From NCBI GenBank assembly GCA_963705295.1, contig OY970065.1:224001-288000 (forward strand): 64,000 bases of DNA. The letters are read 5' to 3'. The stretch is from Parachlamydiales bacterium (lineage in GTDB: Bacteria; Chlamydiota; Chlamydiia; Chlamydiales; Rhabdochlamydiaceae). Made by a program: the position numbers and the translations under genes. Position 1 is the first letter of the stretch, and each line of letters begins with the position of its first letter. Shown here piece by piece: positions 10,084 through 19,862 of the stretch. The notes below the pieces were generated by a model, which saw nothing but the letters and a program-made list of their open reading frames with translations, was not told where the DNA came from and ran no database searches.

Positions 10084-13000
10084 CTACCTCTTTTGTTGTA
10101 AGTTTAGAGAGAGTTTGGCGTCAATGTCGGGCAGGAGGGGACTTTTTTGAACGAGGGCCTCCTTCCGTGCCGCTTCAAAATATTTTTCCGCTTCTTGAAA
10201 TTTATGGAGGATGGCTCCGAGCTCACCTACTTTAATAAAAATTTCGATATTTTTGGGATCAAACTCGGCGGCTTTTTTCAAATATTGGTAAGCTTTTTCA
10301 GGGTCTTCTTTTAGAACAAAAGATCCAAGTCCAAAATAAGCATCCGAACACGTCGGTTCTATTTCTATCGCTTTCGTTAAATATTCCTCTGCTTTTTTCA
10401 AGTTCCCACGCTTGACCTCAACCCCTCCAAGTCCTACGTAATTACGGCCGTTTGGAGGTAGCAATTGCAGAGCTTTTAAATAATGCCCTTCGGCTTCATC
10501 AATTTTTCCTCGGTGGAAAGCGACATTTCCAAGTCCAGTGAAGGCATAGCTGTTATAACGATTCAACTCGAGAGACCTTTTATAATGGGTTTCAGCTCCG
10601 TCAGGATCTTGTTCAAAATCTACATCTCCAAATCCCGAGTGGGCGTACGGGTTGTTGGGATCTTTTTTCATAGCAAATATGAAAAATTTATTCGCTGCGT
10701 CTAATTCTTTTCGCTTGAGAGCTATGACTCCTAAACTTGCCCACGCAGGGGAGTTATCAAGATCTAGTGCTATAGATTCCCTGTAGAATTTTTCGGCTTG
10801 TTCTAGATTACCTTGTAGTAAGGAAGCTAATCCTAAACATAGATAGACGTATGGATTCTTTGGACCCTGTGTTAATTCTTCTTGAAGATACCTATCCGCT
10901 TCAGCAAATTTAAATTGACAGGCTAAAACTTCTCCTAATCCAAGCCGGATGAGCCTCATCTGTTCACGATTATTTTTCGGACACTTTTGCAGGGCTATTT
11001 CATGGTATCGCTGAGCTTCTTGAAGTTTTCCAAGGAAATATGCACAGGTGCCAAGACCGAGCTCGGCGCTACCATCTTCTGGGTTTAACTTGAATGCAGC
11101 TTCATAATAGTGCCGAGCTTCTTCTACTTTGTACTGAGCGATAGCAACCTTACCGAGACAAATTAAGAAACTGCTATAGTGTGGATGGGTTGCATGGACT
11201 GTTTTAAGTAGTTTTTCTGCTTCGGTATACTTTTTCTTCATGAGTAATTCGCGTGCTGCTACTAAAGTCTTAAGGGGATTGGAATCCATCTGTGTAGCGG
11301 CCTGCAAAGTCACTTTAAAGGAATGTGATGCACCTTTTGAAGCAAGGAAGTTTTCGATTTCCTTTTTTCTAAGAAAGACTGCCAGATCGAACGGTGTGTA
11401 TCCTTCCTTATCTACTTTATGAATGTCGGTTCTTAGGTCGCAGCAAATCCGCTGGACGATGGGAAGCCGTCCTTGACTCACTGAGTAGTGAAGAATGGTC
11501 CTTTCGGAGGGGCCATAAACTTCATTCGGATCAGTTCCAGCAGACAGTAAAACATCTACGGCAGGGAGATGTCCGGCACCAACGGCAAATGAAAGAGGGG
11601 GAAGTTGGTCGATGTCTTTGGGGTTTTTGATAACGGTTTTTTCTTGAAGGAGACGGTTTAGCATATCGACTCTTCCGAGCACTGCAGCGGTATGAAGAGG
11701 TGTCGACCTCGTAACTCCAGAGGGTGCATTGCAATTTGCTCCTGCACGAAGGAGGGCATCGCAGCTTTCGATGTCTCGACTAGCCGCAATACCCAGCGGT
11801 GTAAGAAGTTCTAGCGTCCGTTGTTCCAGATCGATTCCTGGAATCTTGCATACCATTTGAACAAGTTTAACGTGGTTTTTATCAATGCCGATATGCAATG
11901 CGGTGAGTTTGTACGGTCCGTTGGTATCATCGACTTTAGCGCCTGCTCTGAGTAATTCCTCAGCAGCCTCCACATGACCCCCGGATGCTGCAGCAAAGAG
12001 GGGTGTTAAATCGGTTTGAGTCGGGTCGTATATGATTCCAACAGCTTTAAACTCAGCCTTCACCTGTTCGATATTTTTGGGGCTTCCTAAAGGGTGAAAA
12101 AGACTTAAAGGTGTTTTTACCTTTTGATTGACATCGACCCCAGCAACCGTGCAGAGCCATGCTATAACCTTTGAATGACCAAGGCCGGCTGCCAGATGGA
12201 GAAGAGGAACTTTATCTTTTCCACATCTTGTATGAACATCTGCTCCGGCAGCAGCGAGTATTTGTGCACTATCCACACAACCTCTTGAAACAGCAGCACC
12301 TAAAGGTGTGTAAAGGTGTTTATTCCGTTTATCGATCTCAATTCCAGACCTATTCACCAACAATTCAGTGATCGGGTTGCTTCCTTTGATGGCTGCTAAG
12401 TGGAGGACTGTATCTTGGTCAACACCATTTTCTAAATTGACATCAGCGCCAGCATCTAAAAGGAGTTTAGCTGTTTCGATCTGCCCTGCCAAAAGGGCTT
12501 CAAAAAGAGGTGTATAACCTTTTCTATTCTTTCCATCGAGATCACGCACCGTTATACAGAGGTGCCGAAGAACAGAAGCTTCTCCGAGTTTAGCGGCTTC
12601 ATGAAGAGCCGTTGAACCGTCAGGGCCATTTTCCAGCAGAATATTTGGATACGTAAACAACAAGAGTGCTGAAACGACATCCCGTCTTCGATTCCGAATG
12701 GCGAGAAAAAGAGGGGTAAAACCGTCCAGGTTTTTCTGATTGACGTTAGCAATTCTGCAGAGCATATAGACAATTTCAGCATGTCCGGCTTCTGCTGCGG
12801 CATGGAGGGCGGTTTCTCCATTTGTTCCATTCATCTCATCTATAGAGGCTCCAGCCTCAATTAAAGCATTAACGAGCGGGATAAGGCCCATTTTAGAAGC
12901 AAGATAGAGGGGCGCATGATCGGATCCATTTTTGAGGTTCACCAGTTTTTCGAGTTTAGCTTTCTCCCATTTCAATTTATCCAAAAGAAAAAGAGCCATT

Positions 13001-13203
13001 TCGATATTCCCAGAATTCAAACAAAGGTGGAGGCAAGATTCTTTTCCATCGGTTAGGACGAGGGGATTTGCCCCTCCTGCAAGCATTTTACCTACAAGCT
13101 CTTCATCGCCCTCTTTAATACCCTTATGAAGATCGGTCATTCCTCCTGTTCTTTTCTGATGATACACTTTAGAACTACTACTAATCGGTTGTATAGATGT
13201 CAT
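10084..13203 (-). CDS. Ankyrin-repeat plus TPR-repeat protein, putative secreted effector
   Basis: Many G-x-T-P/A-L-H/F-x-A-A ankyrin repeats over about the first 620 aa, then tandem TPRs (e.g. AWASLGVIALKRKELDAANKFFIFAMKKDPNN); Ser/Thr-rich N-terminus. Confidence 0.85.
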   Translation of the reverse strand: MTSIQPISSSSKVYHQKRTGGMTDLHKGIKEGDEELVGKMLAGGANPLVLTDGKESCLHLCLNSGNIEMALFLLDKLKWEKAKLEKLVNLKNGSDHAPLYLASKMGLIPLVNALIEAGASIDEMNGTNGETALHAAAEAGHAEIVYMLCRIANVNQKNLDGFTPLFLAIRNRRRDVVSALLLFTYPNILLENGPDGSTALHEAAKLGEASVLRHLCITVRDLDGKNRKGYTPLFEALLAGQIETAKLLLDAGADVNLENGVDQDTVLHLAAIKGSNPITELLVNRSGIEIDKRNKHLYTPLGAAVSRGCVDSAQILAAAGADVHTRCGKDKVPLLHLAAGLGHSKVIAWLCTVAGVDVNQKVKTPLSLFHPLGSPKNIEQVKAEFKAVGIIYDPTQTDLTPLFAAASGGHVEAAEELLRAGAKVDDTNGPYKLTALHIGIDKNHVKLVQMVCKIPGIDLEQRTLELLTPLGIAASRDIESCDALLRAGANCNAPSGVTRSTPLHTAAVLGRVDMLNRLLQEKTVIKNPKDIDQLPPLSFAVGAGHLPAVDVLLSAGTDPNEVYGPSERTILHYSVSQGRLPIVQRICCDLRTDIHKVDKEGYTPFDLAVFLRKKEIENFLASKGASHSFKVTLQAATQMDSNPLKTLVAARELLMKKKYTEAEKLLKTVHATHPHYSSFLICLGKVAIAQYKVEEARHYYEAAFKLNPEDGSAELGLGTCAYFLGKLQEAQRYHEIALQKCPKNNREQMRLIRLGLGEVLACQFKFAEADRYLQEELTQGPKNPYVYLCLGLASLLQGNLEQAEKFYRESIALDLDNSPAWASLGVIALKRKELDAANKFFIFAMKKDPNNPYAHSGFGDVDFEQDPDGAETHYKRSLELNRYNSYAFTGLGNVAFHRGKIDEAEGHYLKALQLLPPNGRNYVGLGGVEVKRGNLKKAEEYLTKAIEIEPTCSDAYFGLGSFVLKEDPEKAYQYLKKAAEFDPKNIEIFIKVGELGAILHKFQEAEKYFEAARKEALVQKSPLLPDIDAKLSLNLQQKR

Positions 13204-13346
13204 GAAGATATTATAACAGATCCATTACTTAAAAATAATAAATAGTATTATTTATAAGCCTTTGAGGAAGAATTATTTAAATAGGTTGTGCCGCTCTTTT
13301 CTATTCCCTCTTCCTTTTTACGATGCCATAAGATAATTTAGCGGGT

Positions 13347-16085
13347 ATGGCTGAGTCACCCTCGAGTAAAATCCCGCCCAATTCTAAAGAGTCAGAGATG
13401 ATTGTGTTGGGATGCATGCTGACATCCATTGGGAGTTTGAATATTGCAGCCGATCAGCTGGAGGAAAAAGACTTTTATTTCGCTGAGCACAAAATTATTT
13501 TCGAAGTGTTGAAAGGGTGTTTTTTACAGGATAAACCGGCTGATGTTCATCTCGTGGCAGAAGAGCTTAAGAGAATGAATAAACTCAAAGCCGTTGGCGG
13601 AGTTGCCTATTTGACAACTCTTGCTCAGTATGCCGGAACAGCCGCTCATATTGAAGAATATACGGAGCTTGTTCGGAACAAATCTCTTTTAAGAAAAATG
13701 ATCCATGCCGCGCAAGAAGTCGAAAGGCATGCGTTTGACGATCCTGATGACGTTCAAATCACACTCGATGGTGCGCAGCAAAAATTCTTTCAAATCAGCC
13801 AAGCTGCCAATACTCTGAGTGGCATCCCGATTAAAGATTTGATTTCCGGTGCGAAGTCGGCTTCCCGATTGCCTTACTTGAAAGAACTGCAAGAAAAGCA
13901 AGAGAAGTATCAAGCCAGAGGACCAGGCGACTTAGGTATTACGGGAATTCCAACCCATTTCTTTGAGCTTGATAAACTGTTAAACGGATTTTCCCGTTCC
14001 AACCTCATGATTCTGGGAGCTAGGCCTGCGATGGGAAAAACGGCGCTTGCCTTGAACATTGCTGAAAATATCTGCTTCAAAAACAATTACCCTGTCGGAA
14101 TTTTTTCTTTGGAAATGACAGCAGAGCAGCTCCTCCACCGGATCATCTGCTCACAAGCCGCCGTCGAATCGGATAAAATCCAAACCGGCTCCATCAATGG
14201 GATTGAATACCAACGTGTCGTTTCGACTGTTCATAACATGCAAAAACACACCATGGTCATCGACGATCAACCCGGGCTCAAAATCACCGATCTGCGCGCT
14301 CGCGCACGCCGGATGAAAGAAGCACATGGCATCGAATTTCTCGTCATCGATTACCTCCAACTTCTCTCAGGCTCAGGAACCTTCAAAAGCCAAGAAAACC
14401 GGCAAATCGAAATTTCAGAAATTTCTCGCCTCCTAAAAACCTTAGCACGGGAACTCAATATTCCCATCCTTTGCCTCTCCCAACTTTCCCGCAAAGTCGA
14501 AGAACGATCCGACCACCGCCCGATGATGAGCGACCTGAGAGAATCAGGTTGTCTAACAGGCGACGCCCAAATAAAAGACGCAGAAACGGGCAAAATCTAT
14601 ACGATTAAAGAACTTGCCCAGCGCCGCAATCAAACACCCATTCTAGTTTATGGTATCGATAAAGATCTCAAATTAGGAAAACACCGGATGGTGAAAGCTT
14701 TTTATTCGGGCAGAAAAATTGTCTACGAACTTAAAACCCGTACTGGCAGAAGTATCAAAGCCAGCAGTAATCATCCTTTTCTAAAACTCGAAGGGTGGGC
14801 ACCTTTAGATACACTGCGTATCGGCGATAGAATTGCCCTTCCACGTGGTGGCAATTACAGTTCTCGACTGAAGTCTCAACATATTTCAGATGAGGGACTC
14901 TCATTATTAGCACATCTTTTAGGAGATGGATGCATTTTACCCAATCAACCTTATCATTATACGAGTGCGGATGAAATCAATATTGAGACTGTCGCGCAAA
15001 ATGCAAAACATTTATTCAAAATTCAATCGAGGATTGTAAGACAAAAAAACTGGTACCACGTTTATTTTCCAAGCCCTTATCGAATGGCTCGGGGAACTTA
15101 CCATCCTATAACTCTATGGTTTAATAAACTTGGAATTGAGCGAGTTCGTTCTTATGAGAAGCGCATTCCTTCCTTAGTTTTCGAATGTAATCATGATCAA
15201 ATTGCATTATTTCTAAGACATCTTTGGGCTACAGATGGTAATATTAGTAAGAAAGTTCTTAAGGGTCGAAAATCTTCCGCATCTATCTATTATGCTTCTT
15301 CGAGCAAAAAATTGTGTGACCAGACTCAACATTTATTATTGACTTTGGGAATACAAAGTACTTTATCAACAGTTCCCTCTTCGAAGGGATATCGATCAAT
15401 GTATCATTTGCATGTTCAAGGATCAACACAACAAGAATCTTTTCTCCGCACTGTCGGCTGCGCTGGCAAAAGAGGTGCCATCATTCCACTCCTTCTTGAT
15501 CAAATTAAACAAATCGAACCTCATCTAAATTATGATGTGATTCCAAAAGAAGCTTGGCAAACCGTCGTAACAACAGCTAAAAATGATTTCAATTTAAGTT
15601 GGCGAGAGGTCTGCAAAGGCATCAACACTTCCTACTGCGGATCGACATTATTTAAAGCAGGTATATCACGACAAAGAATGAAAACATTACATCAAACATT
15701 GCCATCAAAAGAACTCCTTTCTTTGGCAAATTCGGATGTTTATTGGGATGAAATTATTTCTATTACAGAATTAGGAGAAGAAGATGTCTATGATGCCACG
15801 GTTGAAAATGTTCACAATTTTGTAGCGAATGATATTCTTGTTCACAATAGCCTGGAGCAAGATAGCGACCAAGTGATGTTTTTACTAAGGCGGGAGTATT
15901 ATGATCCGTATGACAAGCCGGGGACGGCAGAGCTGATTGTGGCGAAGAATAGGCATGGTGGAGTGGGGAGTATTCATTTGGCTTTTAGGAAGGAAATTGC
16001 GCAATTTGCTAACTATTCACCTCTCAAGAGTGGTAATATGCCTGATAATGAGGAGGCGTTCTCGTCGTTTTCACCGGGATTGTAA
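13347..16085 (+). CDS. dnaB: Replicative DNA helicase DnaB, intein-containing precursor
   Basis: Walker A ARPAMGKT, VIDYLQL, SQLSRKVE; SDLRESG|intein|SLEQDSD; IVAKNRHG. Confidence 0.97.
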   Translation: MAESPSSKIPPNSKESEMIVLGCMLTSIGSLNIAADQLEEKDFYFAEHKIIFEVLKGCFLQDKPADVHLVAEELKRMNKLKAVGGVAYLTTLAQYAGTAAHIEEYTELVRNKSLLRKMIHAAQEVERHAFDDPDDVQITLDGAQQKFFQISQAANTLSGIPIKDLISGAKSASRLPYLKELQEKQEKYQARGPGDLGITGIPTHFFELDKLLNGFSRSNLMILGARPAMGKTALALNIAENICFKNNYPVGIFSLEMTAEQLLHRIICSQAAVESDKIQTGSINGIEYQRVVSTVHNMQKHTMVIDDQPGLKITDLRARARRMKEAHGIEFLVIDYLQLLSGSGTFKSQENRQIEISEISRLLKTLARELNIPILCLSQLSRKVEERSDHRPMMSDLRESGCLTGDAQIKDAETGKIYTIKELAQRRNQTPILVYGIDKDLKLGKHRMVKAFYSGRKIVYELKTRTGRSIKASSNHPFLKLEGWAPLDTLRIGDRIALPRGGNYSSRLKSQHISDEGLSLLAHLLGDGCILPNQPYHYTSADEINIETVAQNAKHLFKIQSRIVRQKNWYHVYFPSPYRMARGTYHPITLWFNKLGIERVRSYEKRIPSLVFECNHDQIALFLRHLWATDGNISKKVLKGRKSSASIYYASSSKKLCDQTQHLLLTLGIQSTLSTVPSSKGYRSMYHLHVQGSTQQESFLRTVGCAGKRGAIIPLLLDQIKQIEPHLNYDVIPKEAWQTVVTTAKNDFNLSWREVCKGINTSYCGSTLFKAGISRQRMKTLHQTLPSKELLSLANSDVYWDEIISITELGEEDVYDATVENVHNFVANDILVHNSLEQDSDQVMFLLRREYYDPYDKPGTAELIVAKNRHGGVGSIHLAFRKEIAQFANYSPLKSGNMPDNEEAFSSFSPGL
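14550..15848 (+). mobile_element. Intein (433 aa) with LAGLIDADG homing endonuclease, inserted in dnaB
   Basis: Starts CLTGD; block B SSNHPFL; endonuclease blocks LLAHLLGDGC and FLRHLWATDG; ends VYDATVENVHNFVANDILVHN before +1 Ser. Confidence 0.95.
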
Positions 16086-16087
16086 TT

Positions 16088-16247
16088 ATTAACGGGGGTC
16101 ATAAAAAGGTGACAAGATGCGCCGCGAGGCAAAGCCAGATTGATTCTCGCGAGGAATAACATTCTTGAATACGAAGGATTCCGAGCGAGAATCGATATGG
16201 CGAAGCCGCAGCAAGCAGGTTGTCACCTTTTTATGGCCCCCGTTAAT
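16088..16247. repeat. Palindromic MITE/RPE-like element with 28-bp terminal inverted repeats
   Basis: 16088-16115 ATTAACGGGGGTCATAAAAAGGTGACAA versus the reverse complement of 16220-16247 (1 mismatch); inner imperfect pairing GATTCTCGC..GGAAT / ATTCC..GCGAGAATC. Confidence 0.75.
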
Positions 16248-16271
16248 TATAATTTGAGTTTTCTATTCACC

Positions 16272-16300
16272 TTGGAAATATATCAGCAAATCGTTATAAT
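16272..16300 (+). promoter_or_regulatory. Candidate sigma66/sigma70 promoter for the nucleotide transporter gene
   Basis: TTGGAA-17 nt-TATAAT, ending 41 nt upstream of ATG 16342. Confidence 0.5.
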
Positions 16301-16341
16301 TTTGTCTCCTAGGGAGATAGAAAGGGGCAGGAATTTTCTCT

Positions 16342-17910
16342 ATGACAACAAACAGTTCTCAGGAATTCGGTCGGTTCCGTTCCTGGTTCTGTCCTGTGCA
16401 CAAGAGTGAATTAAAGATATTTCTACCACTTCTTTTAATATTCTTCTTCATTTGCTTTAATTATAATATTTTAAGAGCAGCAAAAGATTCCCTTGTCGTC
16501 ACGGCACCTTCTTCTGGGGCTGAAGTTATTCCTTTCATGAAAGTGTGGGTCATTCTTCCCATGGCTTTGCTCATGACGATTTTGTTCACGCGCCTTGCCA
16601 ATCGGTACACGACTGAAAAAGTTTTTTACATCATGATGAGCATCTTTCTGGGATTTTTTACGATTTTTGCTTTTATTCTCTTTCCTTTGAGAGACTCGCT
16701 GCATCCGAATGGATTGGCCGATCAGCTGGAGGGTTATTTCCCTCTGGGCCTTAAGGGGCTTATTGCGCTGGTGAGAAACTGGACCTACACCCTGTTTTAC
16801 GTGATGGCGGAGATGTGGAGTACCATGATCATGACGGTCCTCTTTTGGGGTTTTGCCAATGAAATTTTAAATGTAAAGACGGCCAAACGGTTTTATGTTC
16901 TGATCTTGATTGGAGGGAATTTATCGGCGATTTGTGCAGGGGGTATCGCAACTTTTATTTCACGTGTTGCAGGTGATTGGTCGCAAATGAATTCGGGAGA
17001 TCCATGGCAATATTCCCTCGTCTTTTTAAGTTGTATTGTCATCGCGGGTGGTGTGGTCGTTTTAGGGATTTTCCGATGGCTACATAAAAATATTTTGCAA
17101 AACCCCCAACACAGTCGACAAACTTTATTTAATACCGACAAATCCGATGTGAAGATGAGTCTCCGTAAAAACTTTAAATATTTGGCGAGTTCCAAATATC
17201 TTCTTTGCATCGCAACGATTGTTCTGACATATAATATCTGCATCAACCTCACAGAAGTCACATGGAAGGATCAACTGCTCCACCTCCTTCCACAACCGAA
17301 TGATTTCAATGGGTATATGGGTAAAGTGACGATGTGGGTTGGAATCGTCGCCACTGTCATCGCCATTATCACGAGTGTGATCATTCGAAAATTCTCTTGG
17401 ACCTTTAATGCGATTATTCCTCCTGTCCTCCTTCTCATTACTGGCATTGGATTTTTCTCCTTCCTCCTTCTCAAAAATCTTCCGATAGGGATTGCCTTGG
17501 CGAGTTTCTTTGGAAGCACTCCCCATGTCCTGGGCGTTCTTTTCGGTTCTTTCCAGCAATGTATTTCACGCGCTTCTAAATATACGATTTTCGATGCAAC
17601 GAAAGAGCTGGCTTTCATTCCCCTCAACCGAGAATCGAAACTGAAAGGAAAAGCTGCTATCGATGGGGTTGGCTCCCGTTTAGGAAAATCTGGAAGCGCT
17701 CTTGCCTATCAGGCTCTCTTGATGTGCTTTGGGACGGTTTCTGCAACAATCCCCTACGTTGCATTCATCCTGTTATTCGTCATTGGCGCATGGATTGTAG
17801 CTGTCTGCTTCTTAGGGAAAAGGTTTCAATCTCTTGTTGCACAAAACGAAACCACTGAAACACAAGAAGCCGCTGTTTCTGAAGAGAAAAGCCAGGAAGT
17901 TAGAATTTAG
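16342..17910 (+). CDS. NTT/Npt (Tlc) family nucleotide transporter; substrate not assignable
   Basis: FNYNILRAAKDSLVV, GAEVIPFMKVW, LFWGFANE, EVTWK, KGKAAIDGVGSRLGKSG; about 12 TM segments. Confidence 0.93.
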   Translation: MTTNSSQEFGRFRSWFCPVHKSELKIFLPLLLIFFFICFNYNILRAAKDSLVVTAPSSGAEVIPFMKVWVILPMALLMTILFTRLANRYTTEKVFYIMMSIFLGFFTIFAFILFPLRDSLHPNGLADQLEGYFPLGLKGLIALVRNWTYTLFYVMAEMWSTMIMTVLFWGFANEILNVKTAKRFYVLILIGGNLSAICAGGIATFISRVAGDWSQMNSGDPWQYSLVFLSCIVIAGGVVVLGIFRWLHKNILQNPQHSRQTLFNTDKSDVKMSLRKNFKYLASSKYLLCIATIVLTYNICINLTEVTWKDQLLHLLPQPNDFNGYMGKVTMWVGIVATVIAIITSVIIRKFSWTFNAIIPPVLLLITGIGFFSFLLLKNLPIGIALASFFGSTPHVLGVLFGSFQQCISRASKYTIFDATKELAFIPLNRESKLKGKAAIDGVGSRLGKSGSALAYQALLMCFGTVSATIPYVAFILLFVIGAWIVAVCFLGKRFQSLVAQNETTETQEAAVSEEKSQEVRI

Positions 17911-17927
17911 ATATTTAAAAGGAAAAT

Positions 17928-18017
17928 ATGTCATCAGTTAAGAAAAAAAGAAAATATAAAATGGCAAAACATAAGCGCAAAAAACGGCGCCGACGTGACC
18001 GCCATAAGAACCAATAA
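17928..18017 (+). CDS. Small basic protein, AURKAIP1/COX24 (bS22/mS38-like) family; not in ORF track
   Basis: Hand translation MSSVKKKRKYKMAKHKRKKRRRRDRHKNQ* (29 aa); AAGGA RBS upstream; fills the npt-mnmG gap on the same strand. Confidence 0.8.
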   Translation: MSSVKKKRKYKMAKHKRKKRRRRDRHKNQ

Positions 18018-18044
18018 GTCTTTGCGAGAAACTCTCGCATTATT

Positions 18045-19862
18045 ATGTGGACCTTCCCTGAAGAATTTGATGTTATTGTCGTAGGTGCCGGCCATGCTGG
18101 CTGTGAGGCAGCGCACGCTGCTGCCCGGATGGGTTGTAAAACCCTCCTTCTGACAATGAATCTCGATACGATCGGCAAGATGAGCTGCAATCCTGCCATA
18201 GGCGGAACTGCTAAAGGACACATTGTGCGCGAAATTGACGCACTCGGCGGCATCATGGGAAAAGTCACCGATGGGACTGCCATTCAATACCGGATGCTCA
18301 ATAGCTCAAAAGGTCCAGCCGTTTGGTCGCCGAGGGCACAAAGCGACAAACTGGCCTATCAAACGGCGATGAAAAAGCGGCTTGAAGGAGTCGATAATTT
18401 ATTCATCCATCAAGGAACAACGGAAGATCTCATTGTTGAAGGAGAGACGATCGTCGGTGTTGAAACCGTTGAAGGGATTGCTTACCGAGGCAAATCGGTC
18501 ATTCTCTCTTCGGGCACATTCATGCGAGGGATGATCCATATTGGACCTGTTACATTTTCGGGTGGAAGGGCAGGAGATAAACCGGCTGTTGGCCTCTCAG
18601 CGAGTCTTGAAAAATTCGGTTTTAAATTAGGAAGACTGAAAACAGGAACCCCTCCTCGGGTCAATCGAAGGAGTATCGATGTTTCTCAAATGGAACTCCA
18701 ATGGGGAGATGCCGGTGTCCGGTTTTCATACGACGAGCCAGAAGGGCCCGGTCTTCCAGAGCTGCCTTGTTATATCACCTACACTTCAGAAGAGACTAAA
18801 AAAGTTGTCTTGCAGCACCTCCATCTTTCTCCGATGTACTCGGGGAAAATCCAAAGCGTGGGACCTCGATACTGTCCTTCGATTGAAGATAAATTTGTCC
18901 GTTTTGCCGATAAAGACCGGCATCAGATTTTTATCGAACCCGAAGGGCATCAAACCGATGAGCTTTACATCAATGGGATTTCAACATCGCTCCCTTTTGA
19001 TGTTCAGCTGAAGATGATCCAAACCATTCCAGGTCTTCAAACTGCAGAAATTATGAGACCTGCATACGCTATCGAATACGATTACATCACGAGCGGACAA
19101 CTTCTTTCAACCCTCGAGAGTAAAAATATTGAAGGCCTTTTTCTTGCTGGTCAAATCAATGGGACGACTGGTTATGAAGAAGCGGCTGGGCAAGGACTCA
19201 TTGCAGGAATCAATGCCGCACTCAAAGTTCAAGGAAAACCGCCTTTCTTCCTGAAGCGATCGGATGCTTATATTGGTGTCATGATCGATGAACTCAATAC
19301 AAAAGAGCTCGAAGAACCGTATCGAATGTTCACAAGCCGCGCAGAACACCGACTTCTTCTCCGTCAAGATAATGCCGACCTCCGCCTGAGGGGTTTTGGT
19401 TACCAACTCGGACTCATCGATCAAAAAAGATATGATCGATTGCGGGAGAAAGAAAAAGCCATTGAAGAACAAATGCAATTTCTTTCAAAAAAATTCATCT
19501 CTCTCGAGGGAAAAAGTATCAGCCTAGCTCAACTTTTGTCCAGACCCGAAATTTCTTATGACGACTTAGTCCGAGACTTTGGATCTAAAGATCATGGGAA
19601 AGAGATCAACTCCCAAGTCGAACTGAGTATCAAATACGCAGGGTATATCGAAAGGCAATACCAAGAAGTGGCTAAACTCGATGGAATCGAAAAAATTTCT
19701 ATACCTCCTTCTTACGATTATTCACGTGTCGTAGGACTCAGTCGGGAAGCTCAAGAAAAATTCAACAAAATACAGCCCCATAATCTAGGTCAAGCATCGA
19801 GAATCTCTGGCATCACTCCAGCCGATATTCAAGTGGTCATGGTTGCTCTTCGAAAAAAATGA
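18045..19862 (+). CDS. mnmG: tRNA uridine-5-carboxymethylaminomethyl modification enzyme MnmG (GidA)
   Basis: [45 protein letters not shown]. Confidence 0.98.
   Translation: MWTFPEEFDVIVVGAGHAGCEAAHAAARMGCKTLLLTMNLDTIGKMSCNPAIGGTAKGHIVREIDALGGIMGKVTDGTAIQYRMLNSSKGPAVWSPRAQSDKLAYQTAMKKRLEGVDNLFIHQGTTEDLIVEGETIVGVETVEGIAYRGKSVILSSGTFMRGMIHIGPVTFSGGRAGDKPAVGLSASLEKFGFKLGRLKTGTPPRVNRRSIDVSQMELQWGDAGVRFSYDEPEGPGLPELPCYITYTSEETKKVVLQHLHLSPMYSGKIQSVGPRYCPSIEDKFVRFADKDRHQIFIEPEGHQTDELYINGISTSLPFDVQLKMIQTIPGLQTAEIMRPAYAIEYDYITSGQLLSTLESKNIEGLFLAGQINGTTGYEEAAGQGLIAGINAALKVQGKPPFFLKRSDAYIGVMIDELNTKELEEPYRMFTSRAEHRLLLRQDNADLRLRGFGYQLGLIDQKRYDRLREKEKAIEEQMQFLSKKFISLEGKSISLAQLLSRPEISYDDLVRDFGSKDHGKEINSQVELSIKYAGYIERQYQEVAKLDGIEKISIPPSYDYSRVVGLSREAQEKFNKIQPHNLGQASRISGITPADIQVVMVALRKK

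Noticed and set aside
9984..13346. tRNA-Ser as the attachment site of an integrative element
   Set aside because: No integrase, and I saw no duplicate of the tRNA 3' end on the far side of the ankyrin gene
16140..16409. 89-aa ORF in the track
   Set aside because: It runs through the palindromic element and the npt promoter and overlaps npt out of frame; probably spurious
17915..18287. Two minus-strand ORFs of about 120 aa
   Set aside because: Antisense shadows of mnmG and the small basic protein gene
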